Source of the DNA: Octopus bimaculoides
Lineage: Eukaryota
Assembly (NCBI RefSeq): GCF_001194135.2
Contig: NC_068985.1
Span: 35,446,014 to 35,510,013, forward strand
Length of the DNA stretch: 64,000 bases
Direction of reading: 5' to 3'
The translations under genes were made by a program, and so were the position numbers. The stretch's first letter is position 1. Every line of letters starts with the position of its first letter. Below, piece by piece: positions 1 to 12,235 of this stretch. The notes under the pieces were generated by a model. It was not told the origin of the DNA. It was given only the letters and a program-made list of their open reading frames with translations, and did not search any database.

Positions 1-712
1 GTATTGTGCAAGATGAGGATCAGACATGCAAGGCCATCCAAATTGACTGACAGTCTGCCAAACAGAAGACACTCTATGTAGATGTATAGAATAACAATGG
101 CTTCCTCAGTCTTACTGATGCCAAAAGTAAAGAGAATGAATTCATTCTAAATAGAAACAGAAGAGCTACTCGCATTCTAGTTTTTCAGTATCATAACAAT
201 GCAATCTAACAATGAAATGATAGGGAACGTACCTGGTTTCTTGAGACTAGATATTTAGAGATTTAGAATATCCATGGGTTATTGGAAAGTTGATTAAGAA
301 TAGGATTAACTTGGATATGCCAAGAAGCTGTATCATTGAGATTGTATTCCAAATGAAATAACTACAAGAGCTACTTAGCTTTGAGTAAGCTCCTATACCA
401 AGCATTTGTGAATTTAGAGAAAGGGACAAACCCTTTGACTTAGTCATTCAATATTTAACCTGGGAGATGCTAAGGAAACTAGACTTTCATGAATTGGTTG
501 TGTGAGCTATACAAGCCATATGCACAATCATTATGGGCAAGGTGAGCAATAGCAACGAATTTAGTGTGCATATGGGGTTTATCAGGACTCGGTGCTCAAC
601 TGTCCTGCTTATTTAGGCCTCCAAACTATGAAAGAGGTATTCTCAACAACTAACCATGGAAGCACCTGTATACTGATGACATAGCTCTGATAACAAAATC
701 TGTTGAACATAT

Positions 713-906
713 ATTCTTTTACTTGTTTCAGTCATTTAACTGTGACCATGCTGGTGCACAGCATTTTAATCAAAGAAGTTGGCCCCAGGACTTATTGTTT
801 GTAATCCTGTTACTTATTCTGTCAGTCGCTTTTGCCAAACTGCTAAGTTGTAGGGACATAGACACACCAACATCGGTTGTCAAGCGATGGTTGGGGGACG
901 AACACA

Positions 907-955
<49 letters not shown>

Positions 956-1118
956 GACAGGCTTCTTTCAGTTTCTGTCTACCAAATCCACACACAAGGC
1001 TTTGGTCAGTTTGAAGATATAATAGAGGACACTTGCCCAAGGTGCCACGCAGTGAAACTGAGTCTGAAAACATGTGGTTGGGAAGCAAGCTTCTTACCAC
1101 ACAGCCATGCCTGCGCCT
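713..1118 (-). mobile_element. tRNA-derived SINE with internal (CA)n/(TA)n, inserted in the RTE remnant of the first unit
   Basis: Reverse complement starts aggcgcaggcatggctgtgtggtaagaagcttgc (A-box-like), followed by gcaccttgggcaagtgtc. The sequence is absent at the homologous position of the units at ~4950, 8610 and 10880. Confidence 0.85.
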
Positions 1119-1450
1119 CTCATCTGATAGATATTCCAAACATGATAGCAAAACCTGCATTTAAAAGATTTTAAATTGAATCTAGTAAAAACAAATGTTT
1201 TACCATATATGAAGAAAGACTGAACTCAGATATCATCAGGAAAAAAAATGTGTTTTGTATGCAGGAAGTGAGCAGGTAGAAATTTCAACAAGTGTTCCCA
1301 GTCTAAATAATGCACACAAAAATTCCTGCTTGTACTTCTTTGTACCTTTATGTATGTGAGGGAGTGAATGTTTCTCATTAATATTAGTTCTGATACTTTC
1401 AGCACATCATTAACAGATTTTAAATAAAATCTTATTTTAATTACTTAAAG

Positions 1451-1501
1451 ATGTGAATGACCTTTATGCTAAAGTCAATAAACCAAACAAGGAAACCTAT
1501 G
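1451..1501 (+). CDS. Micro-exon A1 (51 nt, phase 1-1): DVNDLYAKVNKPNKETY
   Basis: ttttaattacttaaAG|atgtgaatgacctttatgctaaagtcaataaaccaaacaaggaaacctatg|GTAAGC. Open frame, homologous to four other intact 51-nt copies. Confidence 0.75.
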
Positions 1502-3640
1502 GTAAGCATAATTACATTCAGTTCGTTAAGAAATATAAACTTCAAGCAGTATTAACTGGTACATATAACAGAGAAAATTTGTGTTCTTATGGGACAATCT
1601 GCTGAGGTTGAAAGTACAAATCAGTGGCTGGTGCAAGGTCCCAAATAAAAACCACAAAGTAACACATAAAATACTACTTTGGAAATTACCATAACAGATA
1701 ATAGACAGGTTTGGAAAGTGTGAAAGTAAGGGATCTTTTATATAGAACCAAAGACTCATGAAGGTCCAGCCTCAGAAACTACACCAATATGAGAGAATTA
1801 TGATCAGTGGATCGAACCAAGGTGTGTTGTGACAACCAAGAGGAACTGGTTTTAATTATGATTGCTGGACAAACCTATGTTAGTATCGACAGTGGATGAT
1901 CAATGATAATGATGATAACATAAATTAAGCAAAGAGTTAGCAAATATTTAGGCCAATTTTTCTTACAAGAGTTCGAGAGTTATTAACTAACATATATGGG
2001 AAAAATTATATATCTAAGACGGATTACAACAGAAGGAAATCTGTAGCTTTTATGGAGCCACATGCTGAAATCTAAAGATTAGATAAGTGGTTGGTGCAAA
2101 GTGACACACAGTGAGACAATATTATAGGTAGCACCATAACAAGTAAAAGACTTGTAGAAAGGAGGCAATAGAGAAAATATAAAATAACTAAAGAGAAGCT
2201 AAATTTTGGCTGTAAATAGCAAAAGGAGGGGCAAAAAAAGCAGAAGTTGCATGTATTGTGCAAGATGAGGATCAAACATGCAAGTTTATCCAAATTGTCT
2301 GACAGTCTGCAAGAGAGAAGTCACACTTTGTAAATGTATAGAATAACAATGGCTTCCTCAGTTTTACTGATGCATATGTAAAGAGTGAATTTATTCCAAG
2401 TAGAAGCAGAAGGGCTACCAGCATTCCAGTTTTACAGTATCATGACAGTGCAATTAAAGAATGAAAATGTAGGAAATGTAGCTGGTCCCTTGAGACTAGA
2501 TATTTAGAGATTCATGAATCACTGGAAGTTTTTATTAAGAATAGGATTTACCTGTATATGCCAGGAAGCTGTATCATTGAGCTCATATTCCAAATGAAAT
2601 AACTACAAAGAACTACTTAGCTAGAAGGAAGTTCGTATATCAAGCATATGTGAATTTGGAAAAAGGGACAACCCTTTAACTGAGTAATTCACTATCTGAT
2701 CTGGTAGATTCTAAGGAAACTGGACTTACATGAACTGGTTGTGTTAGCCATAAAAACCATGTGCAGAATCATTTTGGGTAAGGTGAGTGATAGCAATGAA
2801 TTTAGTATGCACATGGGGTTTATCAGGACTCAGTGCTCAGCCATCCTGCTTATTTAGGCCTCCAAACTATGAAAGAGATATTCTCAACAACAAACCTTGG
2901 AAACAACTGTATGCTAATGACTGTTGATCAATTATTCTTTTACTTGTTGCAGTCGTTTGACTGCAGACATGCTGGTGCACTGCTCTTTAGTCGAAGTGTG
3001 GAAGTAAGGGAACTTTATATAGTACCAAAGACTTCAAGGTCCAACCTCAGAAACTACACCAAAATGAGATGATATGAGAGGGTTATGATGTGGATGAAGC
3101 CAAGGTGTGTTGTGATAGCAAAGAGGAACTGATTTAAATTATGATCACTTGACAAACCTAAGCAGGACATCAATAGTAGTTGATCAATGATGATGCTTAT
3201 GGTGTGACTAATGATAACAAAATAAATTAAGCAAAGAGTTAGCAAATATTTGGTCAATTTTCCTTTAACTANNNNNNNNNNNNNNNNNNNNNNNNNNNNN
3301 NNNNNNNNNNNNNNNNNNNNNNNNNNNNNNNNNNNNNNNNNNNNNNNNNTTTACATTTATTAATCCTTAATTGTACTTCACTATCCCACTCAATATTTTT
3401 TATTGTTTATTTTGTATTAATTTGGTAATGATAATCTGAGCTAAATGGGGAAAATAATATTATATTACTAATTCCTACTTACACAACTTTGAATGTGTGT
3501 GTGTGTGTGTAAGAGTGAATGTTTTTCATCAATATTTGTTCTGATATTTTCAATACATCCTAAATATATTTTAAATGTTATCTATAATCATGTCATTATT
3601 TTTTAACACCTTAAATTTGTGGTCAATCATTATCCTAAAG

Positions 3641-3667
3641 ACAATACAGGCAGGAAGAAACCTGCTG
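3641..3667 (+). CDS. Candidate micro-exon B1 (27 nt, phase 1-1): DNTGRKKPA
   Basis: Homolog of the A exon whose original acceptor reads aaT instead of aaG. Internal AG at 3639-3640 and donor GTAAGC at 3668 give an in-frame 27-nt exon. Confidence 0.4.
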
Positions 3668-3835
3668 GTAAGCATCATTATGTTCAGTTCATTAATATAA
3701 CTAACAAGAGTTTGAGATGTATTAACTAACATATATGAAAATATAAAATTTAATAATAAGGATAGAAATTGATATTAATCAATTAAAACCAGTGGTCCAG
3801 CATTTTTAAAAAATCCGAAGATTAAAATTATGTTA

Positions 3836-4012
3836 CGTACACAAATAAGAGGAATGACCAGCAAAAGTGGACTCCTATATGTTAGAAATAGATGCCGAAT
3901 CATCTAACCACGAAGAATACTGAGAACATATTCTTTGTGGTTAGATGATTCGGCATCTATTTCTAGCATATAGGAGTCCACTTTTGCTGGTCATTCCTCT
4001 TATTTCAGTATG
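3836..4012. mobile_element. TA-flanked foldback MITE / long hairpin
   Basis: 77-nt arms 3843-3919 and 3929-4005 are reverse complements with 2 mismatches around a 9-nt loop. TA at 3834-35 and 4013-14. Absent from the other array units. Confidence 0.75.
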
Positions 4013-5272
4013 TAATATATGATAATATATATGACAAAAATTATATATCTAAGACAAATTATAACAGAAGAAAATCTTCAGCTTTTATGGCACCATGTAC
4101 TGAACTCTATAGATTAGATAAGTGACTGGTGCAAGGTGGCACACACTGAGACAATATTTTAGGTAGCACCATAAAAGGGGGCAATAAAGAAAATATCAAG
4201 CAACTAAAAAGAAGCTAAATGTTGACTATACGTAGCGTAAGGAAAGGCAAAATAGCAAAAGTTGGCATATATTGTACGAGATGAGGATCAGACATGCGAG
4301 GCCATCCAAATTGACACAATATTTACAAGGTAGAAGAGACACTGGATAGATGTATAGAATAACAATGCCTTCCTAAGTTTTACTGATACCAAACATAAAG
4401 AGACTAAGTTTATTCCAAATAGAAGCAGAAGAGCTACCAGCATTCCAGTTTTACAGTGTTATGACAGCACAATTAAACAATGTAAAGATAGGGAAAGTAG
4501 CTGGTCTCTTGGGACTAAATATTTAGAAATTTGGAATATCCATGGGTTATTAGAAAGTTGATTAAGAATAGGATTAACTTGGATATGCCAAGAAGCTGTA
4601 TCATTGAGATCATATTCCAAATGAAATAACTACAAAGAAGTATTTAGCTAGGAGTAAGCTCCTATACCAAGCATTTGTGAATTTGGAGAAAGGAACAAAC
4701 CCTTTCACTTAGTCATACACTATCTGATCTGGTAGCTGCTAAGGAAACTGGTTTTTGATGAATTGGTTGTTTCAGCCATATAAGCAATGTGCAGAATCGC
4801 TGTGAGCAAGGTGAGTGATAGCAATGAATTTAGTGTGCATATGGGGGTTTATCAAAACTCAATGCTCAGCCTTTCCTGTTTCCTTAGGTCCCCAAGCTAT
4901 AACTTTCAAAACACCTGTATGCTGATGATTCTGCTTTTATGTCAGAATCTGTAGAAAAACTGGGTCAGATAGAAATTTCAAACATGAGAGTAAAATCTGC
5001 ATTTGAAGGGCATTAACTTTAATCTAGCAAAATATAGGAAGAAAGACTGGACTCAGGTACCATCAGGAAAATGAATGTGCTCTTTATGCTGGAAATGAGC
5101 AAGTAGAAATTTTATAAGGTGTCCCCAGTGTAAACAATACATACATTCCTGCTTATACTTCTTTGAACATTTATGTACATGAGGGAGCGAGTGTTTTTCA
5201 TGAATATTAGTCCTAGTACTTTCAGCACAGCATTAATATATTTAAATCATATCTTTCTTTAATTTCTTAAAG

Positions 5273-5323
5273 ATGTGGAAGAACTTTATGCTAAAGTTAA
5301 CAAACCAAGTGTGAAAACTCATG
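5273..5323 (+). CDS. Micro-exon A2 (51 nt): DVEELYAKVNKPSVKTH
   Basis: tctttctttaatttcttaaAG|atgtggaagaactttatgctaaagttaacaaaccaagtgtgaaaactcatg|GTAAGC. Confidence 0.75.
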
Positions 5324-6791
5324 GTAAGCATAATTATATTCAGTCCATTCATAAAACTATATAAACTTCAAGGGATATTAACTGATACATATAACAAGTT
5401 GATTAAGAATAGGATTAACTTTGATATGCCAAGAAGCTGTATCATTGAGATTGTATTCCAAATGAAATAACTACAAAGAAGTACTTAGCTAGGAGTAAGC
5501 TCCTATACCAAGCATTTGTGAATTTGGAGAAATGGACAAACCCTTTCACTTAGTCATTCACTATCTAACTTAGTAGATGCTAGGGAAATGGGACTTAGAT
5601 GAATAGGTTGTGTGAGCCATACAAGCCATGTGCAGAATCATTTTGGGTAAGGTGAGTGATAGCAATGAATTTAGTATGCATATGGGGTTTATCAGGATTC
5701 AGTGCTCAGCATTCCTGCTTATTTAGGCCTCCAAACTATGGAAGAGGTGTTCTTAACAATTAACCTTGGAAACTAATGCATATGACTCTGTTGAACAATT
5801 ATTCTTTTACTTGTTGCAGTCGTTTGACTGCAGACATGCTGGTGCACTGCTCTTTAGTCGAAGTGTGGAAGTAAGGGAACTTTATATAGTACCAAAGACT
5901 TCAAGGTCCAACCTCAGAAACTACACCAAAATGAGATGATATGAGAGGGTTATGATGTGGATGAAGCCAAGGTGTGCTGTGATAGCAAAGAGGAACTGAT
6001 TTAAATTATGATCACTTGACAAACCTAAGCAGGACATCAATAGTAGTTGATCAATGATGATNNNNNNNNNNNNNNNNNNNNNNNNNNNNNNNNNNNNNNN
6101 NNNNNNNNNNNNNNNNNNNNNNNNNNNNNNNNNNNNNNNNNNNNNNNNNNNNNNNNNNNNNNNNNNNNNNNNNNNNNNNNNNNNNNNNNNNNNNNNNNNN
6201 NNNNNNNNNNNNNNNNNNNNNNNNNNNNNNNNNNNNNNNNNNNNNNNNNNNNNNNNNNNNNNNNNNNNNNNNNNNNNNNNNNNNNNNNNNNNNNNNNNNN
6301 NNNNNNNNNNNNNNNNNNNNNNNNNNNNNNNNNNNNNNNNNNNNNNNNNNNNNNNNNNNNNNNNNNNNNNNNNNNNNNNNNNNNNNNNNNNNNNNNNNNN
6401 NNNNNNNNNNNNNNNNNNNNNNNNNNNNNNNNNNNNNNNNNNNNNNNNNNNNNNNNNNNNNNNNNNNNNNNNNNNNNNNNNNNNNNNNNNNNNNNNNNNN
6501 NNNNNNNNNNNNNNNNNNNNNNNNNNNNNNNNNNNNNNNNNNNNNNNNNNNNNNNNNNNNNNNNNNNNNNNNNNNNTAATGATAAACTGAGCTAAATGGG
6601 GAAAATAATATTATATTATTAATCCCTGCTTATACAACTTTGAATGTATATGTGTATGCGGGAGTAAATTTTTTTTTTATTAATATTTGTTCTGATACTT
6701 TCAATACATCCTAAATATATTTTAAATATTATCTATAATCATGTCATTATTTTTTAACACCTTAAATTTGTGGTCAATCATTATCCTAAAG

Positions 6792-6818
6792 ACAATACAA
6801 GCAGGAAGAAACCTGCTG
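6792..6818 (+). CDS. Candidate micro-exon B2 (27 nt): DNTSRKKPA
   Basis: tatcctaaAG|acaatacaagcaggaagaaacctgctg|GTAAGC; upstream ancestral acceptor mutated as in B1. Confidence 0.4.
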
Positions 6819-7412
6819 GTAAGCATGAATATGTTCAGTTCATTAATATAACTAACAAGTGTTTGAGAGTTATTAACTAACATATTTGACGAAGATTATG
6901 TATCTAAGATTATAGCAGAGGAAAATCTGCAGCTTTTACTGAACCACATGCTGAACTCCATAGATTAGATAAGTGGCTGGTGTAAGGTGACCCACACTGA
7001 GACAATATTATAGGTACCACCATAGCAAGTGAAAGACTTTTAGAAAGAAGGCAATACTGAGAAGCTAAATTTTTGCTATACATAGCAAAGGTAAGGGCAA
7101 AAAAAGCAGAGGTTGCATGTATTGTGCAAGATGAGGATCAGACATGCAAGGGGATCCAAACTGACTAACAGTCTGCCAAATACAAGACAATATATGTAGA
7201 TGTATAGAATAACAATGGCTTCCTCCGTCTTACGTTACAATTTCTTACATATACAGCATTGAACATGTATGTGTATGAAGGAGTGATTGTTTCACATTGA
7301 TATTTATTCCGATAGATTCAATGCTTCATAAATATATTTTGAAAATTATCTATAGTCATATGTCATTTATTTTTTAAGTCTTTAATATTTGTGTTCAATT
7401 TTTATCCTAAAG

Positions 7413-7439
7413 ACAATACAAATAAGAAGAAACCTGCTG
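7413..7439 (+). CDS. Candidate micro-exon B3 (27 nt): DNTNKKKPA
   Basis: aatttttatcctaaAG|acaatacaaataagaagaaacctgctg|GTAAGC. Confidence 0.4.
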
Positions 7440-7988
7440 GTAAGCATCATTATGTTCAGTTCATTAATATAACTAACAAGAGTTTGAGAGGTATTAACTA
7501 ACGTATATGATAATATATATGACAAAAATTATATATCTAACATAGATTATAACAGAAGAAAATCTGCAGCTTTTATGGCACCATGTACTGAACTCTATAG
7601 ATTAGATAAGTGACTGGTGCAAGGTGGCACACACTGAGACAATATTATAGGTAGCATCATAACAAGTGAAAGACTTGTAGAAAGGGGGCAATAAAGAAAA
7701 TATCAAGCAACTAAAAAGAAGCTAAATGTTGACTACACGTAGCGTAAGGAAAGGCAAAATAGCAAAAGTTGGCATATATTGTGCAAGATGAGGATCAGAC
7801 ATGCGAGGTCATCCAAATTGACACAATATTTACAAGGTAGAAGAGACACTGGATAGATGTATAGAATAACAATGCCTTCCTAAGTCTTACTGATACCAAA
7901 CATAAAGAGAGTAAGTTTATTCCAAATAGAAGCAGAAGAGCTACCAGCATTCCAGTTTTACAGTGTTATGACAGCACANNNNNNNNNN

Positions 7989-8286
7989 AGCAAGGTCGTT
8001 GCCAGTGCCGCCAGACTGACTCCCATGCAGATGGCACATAAAAAATACCTTTTTGAGTGTGGTCGTTGCCAGTACCGTGTGACTGACCCTCGTGCCGGTG
8101 GCACGTAAAAGCACCCACTACACTCTCGGAGTGGTTGGTGTTAGAAAGGGTATCCAGCTGTAGAAACTCTGCCAGATCAGATTGGAGCCTGGTGCAGCCT
8201 TCTGGCTTGCCAGTCCTCAATCAAATCGTCCAACCCATGCTAGCATGGAAAGCGGACATTAAGCGATGATGATGATGATGATGATG
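7989..8286 (+). mobile_element. Non-autonomous SINE-like element with (GAT)n tail (RTE-type 3' end)
   Basis: Ends ccaacccatgctagcatggaaagcggacattaagc(gat)n. Same family as 16835-17230 and 20746-21345. It interrupts one array unit. Confidence 0.8.
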
Positions 8287-8938
8287 AGTACTTAGCTAAG
8301 AGTAAGCTCCTATACCAAGCATTTGTGAATTTGGAGAAAGGAACAAACCCTTTCACTTCGTCATACACTATCTGATCTGGTAGCTGCTAAGGAGACTGGA
8401 TTTTGATGAATTGGTTGTGTGAGCCATATTAGCAATGTGCAGAATCACTGTGAGCAAGGTGAGTGATAGCAATGAATTTAGTGTGCATATGGGGGTTTAT
8501 CAAAACTCAATGCTCAGCCTTTCCTGTTTCCTTAGGTCCCCAAGCTAAAAAAGATGTATCTTAGATAACTTTCAAAACACCTGTATGCTGATGATTATGC
8601 TTTTATGTCAGAATCTGTAGAAAAACTGGGTCAGATAGAAATTCCAAACATGAGAGTAAAATCTGCATTTGAAGGGCATTAAATTTAATCTAGCAAAATA
8701 TAGGGAGAATGACTGGACTCAGGTACCATCAGGAAGATGAATGTGCTCTTTATGCTGGAAATGAGCCGGTAGAAATTTCATAAGGTGTCCCCAGTGTAAA
8801 CAATACATACATTCCTGCTTATACTTCTTTTAACATTTATGTACGTGAGGGAGTGAGTGTTTTTCATGAATATTAGTTCTGGAACTTTCAGCACAGCATT
8901 AATATATTTAAATCATATCTTTCTTTAATTTCTTAAAG

Positions 8939-8989
8939 ATGTGGAAGAACTTTATGCTAAAGTTAACAAACCAAGTGTGAAAACTCATG
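8939..8989 (+). CDS. Micro-exon A3 (51 nt): DVEELYAKVNKPSVKTH
   Basis: Identical in nucleotide sequence to A2, with the same AG acceptor and GTAAGC donor. Flanks nearly identical to A2 (recent duplication). Confidence 0.7.
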
Positions 8990-9828
8990 GTAAGCATAAT
9001 TATATTCAGTCCATTCATAAAACTATATAAACTTCAAGGGATATTAACTGATACATATAACACAGACAATCTGCTGGGGTTTCAAGCCGAGATTGTTGGC
9101 TGGTGCAATGTCCCAACTAAAAAACACAAAGTGACACATAAGATACTACTTTGAAAATTACCATAACAGATAACAGACAGGTTTAGAAAGTGTGAATGTA
9201 AGAGAGCATTAAATAGAACCAAAGACTCATGAAGTTCCAGCCTCAGAAACTACACCAATACGAGATGATATGAGAGAATTATGATCAGTGGATCAAGCCA
9301 AGGTGTGTTGTGACAACCATGAGGAACTGGTTTTAATTATGATGGCTTGACAAACCCATGCTAGCATTGACAGTGATTGATCAATGTGATGACAATGGTG
9401 GCAATGATGATGACAAGATAAATTAAGCAAAGAGTTAGCAAATATTTAGGTCAATTTTCCTTGCAATAGAGATAACACTGTAATATAACCTACATAACAC
9501 AAACATTTATAAATGTGCATTTTGCACTACATGTAAACATATATTTTCAGGTGTATTAGCAATTTCTACCTTTATTAATCATTAATTGTACTTTATTTTA
9601 TATCTCAATGTATTTTTATTTGTTTGTTTTTTCTTTTAATTTGGTAATGATAATCTGAGGTAAATAGGGAAAATAATATTATATTACTAATTCCTGCTTA
9701 TGTAGATGTGCATGAGAGGGTGAATGTTTTCCATTAATATTTGTTCTGATACTTTCAATACATCATTTTAAATGTTATATTTTAAATGTTATCTAGAATT
9801 ATATGTCATTATTTTAAAACACCTTAAG

Positions 9829-9855
9829 TCAATAGAAGTAGGAAGAAACCTGCCG
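9829..9855 (+). CDS. Candidate micro-exon B4 (27 nt): VNRSRKKPA
   Basis: ttttaaaacaccttaAG|tcaatagaagtaggaagaaacctgccg|GTAAGC. The Tyr-encoding 5' part is deleted, leaving a clean acceptor and an in-frame 27 nt. Confidence 0.5.
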
Positions 9856-11224
9856 GTAAGCATCATTATGTTCAGTTCATTAATATAACTAACAAGAGTT
9901 TGAGAGGTATTAACTAACATATATGATAATATATATGACAAAAATTATATATCTAACATAGATTATAACAGAAGAAAATCTGCAGCTTTTATGGCACCAT
10001 GTACTGAACTCTATAGATTAGATAAGTGACTGGTACAAGGTGGCACACACTGAGACAATATTTTAGGTAGCATCATAACAAGTGAAAGACTTGTAGAAAT
10101 GGGGCAATAGAGAAAATATCAAATAACTAAAAAGAAGCTAAATGTTGGCTATACGTAGCATAAGGAAAGGCAAAATAGCAAAAGTTGGCATATATTGTGC
10201 AAGATGAGGATCAGACATGCGAGGCCATCCAAATTGACGGACAGTCCGCAAGAGAGAAGACACACTGTTTAGATGTATAGAATAACAATGGCTTTCTCAA
10301 TCCTACTGATGTCAAAAGTAAAGAATGAATTTATTCCAAGTAGAAGCAGAAGAGCTAGCAGCATTCCAGTTTTACAGTATCATGACAGTGCAATTACAGA
10401 ATGAATAGGTAGGAAATGTAGCTGGTCTCTTGAGACTAGATATTTAGAGATTTACAATATTCATGTATCACTGGAAATTTGATTAGCAATAGGATTAACT
10501 TGGATATACCAAGAAGCTGTATCATTGAGATCATATTCCAAATGAAATAACTACAAAGAAGTACTTAGCTAGGAGTAAGCTCCTATATCAAGCATTTGTG
10601 AATTTGGAGAAAAGGACAACCCTTTGATTGAGTAATTCACTATCTGATTTGGTAGATTCTAAGGAAACTGGACTTACATGAACTGGTTGTGTGAGCCATA
10701 AAAACCATGTGCAGAATCACTGTGAGCAAGGTGAGCAATCACAATGAATTTAATGTGCACATGGGGTTTATCAGGAATTAGTGCTCATCCTTTCCCGTTT
10801 ATTTAGGCCTCCAACTTATCAAAAGTGTATTTTAGACAACCTTCAAACACTTGTATGCTGATGACCTAGCTTTTATGACAGAATCTGTAGAAAAATTGGG
10901 TCAGACAGAAATTCCAAACTCGATAGCAAAATCTGCATTTAAAAGATTTTAAATTGAATCTAGTAAAAACACATTTTTTACCCCATAGGAAGAAAGACTG
11001 AACTCATATCCTATCAGGAAAATGCATGTGCTTTTTATGTAGGAAATGAGCAGGTAGAAATTTCATAAGGTGTTCCCAATGTAAAGAATGAATACTTAAG
11101 TTCCTGCTTATACTTCTTCGAACATTTATGTATTAGAGGGAATGAACGTTTCTCATTAATATAAGTTCTGATACTTTCAGCACAGCATTGATATATTTTA
11201 AATAAAATCTTTGATTCCCTAAAG

Positions 11225-11247
11225 ATGTGAATGACCTTTATGCTAAA
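11225..11247 (+). pseudogene. Broken A-type exon copy (DVNDLYAK, donor lost)
   Basis: AG|atgtgaatgacctttatgctaaa, then an abrupt join to spacer sequence (cagtggataaac) with no GTAAG donor. Confidence 0.65.
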
Positions 11248-11672
11248 CAGTGGATAAACAATGAAGATGGTTATAGTGGCAATGATAACGATGGTGGTGA
11301 TAAGAAGAATTAAGCAAAGAGTTAGCAAATATTTAGCCCTTTTTTTCCTTTGAGTAGAAATAAGTTATATAACCTTATATATGAACAAAAAATCATAATT
11401 GTTCATTTTGCAGTATTCCTATCATAAGCTTTACTCTTGTAGATTTTCAAATTTATCTTTAACATTTTCTACCTTTATTCTTCTTTAATTGTACTTTACA
11501 CCATTCGGTGTTTTTTTTTTCTGTTAATTTCATAATAGTATTGAGATGTAAATGGGGAAAATAATATAATATTGTTAATTCCTGTTGTTAGTTCTGTTAC
11601 TTTCAGCACAACATAAATATATTTTAAACAATATCTATAATTGTATGGGATTTATTTTTTAATTTCTTAAAG

Positions 11673-11723
11673 ATGTGAATGATCCTAATGCTAAAGTCAA
11701 AAAACCAAGCAAGAAACCTGAAG
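11673..11723 (+). CDS. Micro-exon A5 (51 nt, Tyr lost): DVNDPNAKVKKPSKKPE
   Basis: ttttttaatttcttaaAG|atgtgaatgatcctaatgctaaagtcaaaaaaccaagcaagaaacctgaag|GTAAGC. Confidence 0.7.
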
Positions 11724-12235
11724 GTAAGCATGATTATACTCAATTTATTAATATAACTAAATATATCTACGGAGGTATTATCTGGCACATGAGAATAAAA
11801 ATGAGAATGTACATACTTACAACATGACAGAAAACTTAAATGCTTATCTGAGTTTTAGAGTGGCCTGTGATAAGTCCCAAATAAACATAAGGTGACATGA
11901 GATGAAGTACTACTGTATACAGCACCATAACAGCTAAGAAACAAGATTGTAAAAACTAGGTGGTAATGAAGTATTATGCTGTACTAGAACAGACTCAAAG
12001 GCTCAATTCCTAGGTAAACTTGGAGAAATCTATGTCAAAATAAGAGGAGCAGTATTTATGAAATATACCAAAAGTATGGCACATACATATATAAATATAG
12101 GTATAAATGCATGTATGTGTGTATATCTGAGGCCTATGTAAAATTGCACCTGCTAAGTCATCATCTACTGCTCCTTTTGCCAATTTCATGCCACCACCCT
12201 CCATTTCATCTCTTCTACTCACTGTTCCATGCTAC

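Larger units (their letters stand above)
1..11950 (+). repeat. Irregular tandem array of ~2-4 kb intron/exon units (decayed RTE LINE + AT-rich spacer + micro-exon)
   Basis: The marker 'attgtgcaagatgaggatca' recurs at ~1, 2255, 4270, 7120, 7780 and 10195. The block 'gaataggattaacttggatatgccaagaagctgtatcattgag' recurs at ~300, 2540, 4570, 5410 and 10490. Units translate in fragments to RTE RT motifs (YLA.SKLLYQAFVNLEK, GFIR/GVHQGSVLS-like, LYTDD). Confidence 0.9.

Noticed and set aside
6047-6595. Long poly-X ORFs here and at 30233-31057, 41095-42324, 44361-44754, 48849-49174, 53423-54527 and 57721-58441
   Set aside because: They are runs of N (assembly gaps) read through by the ORF finder.
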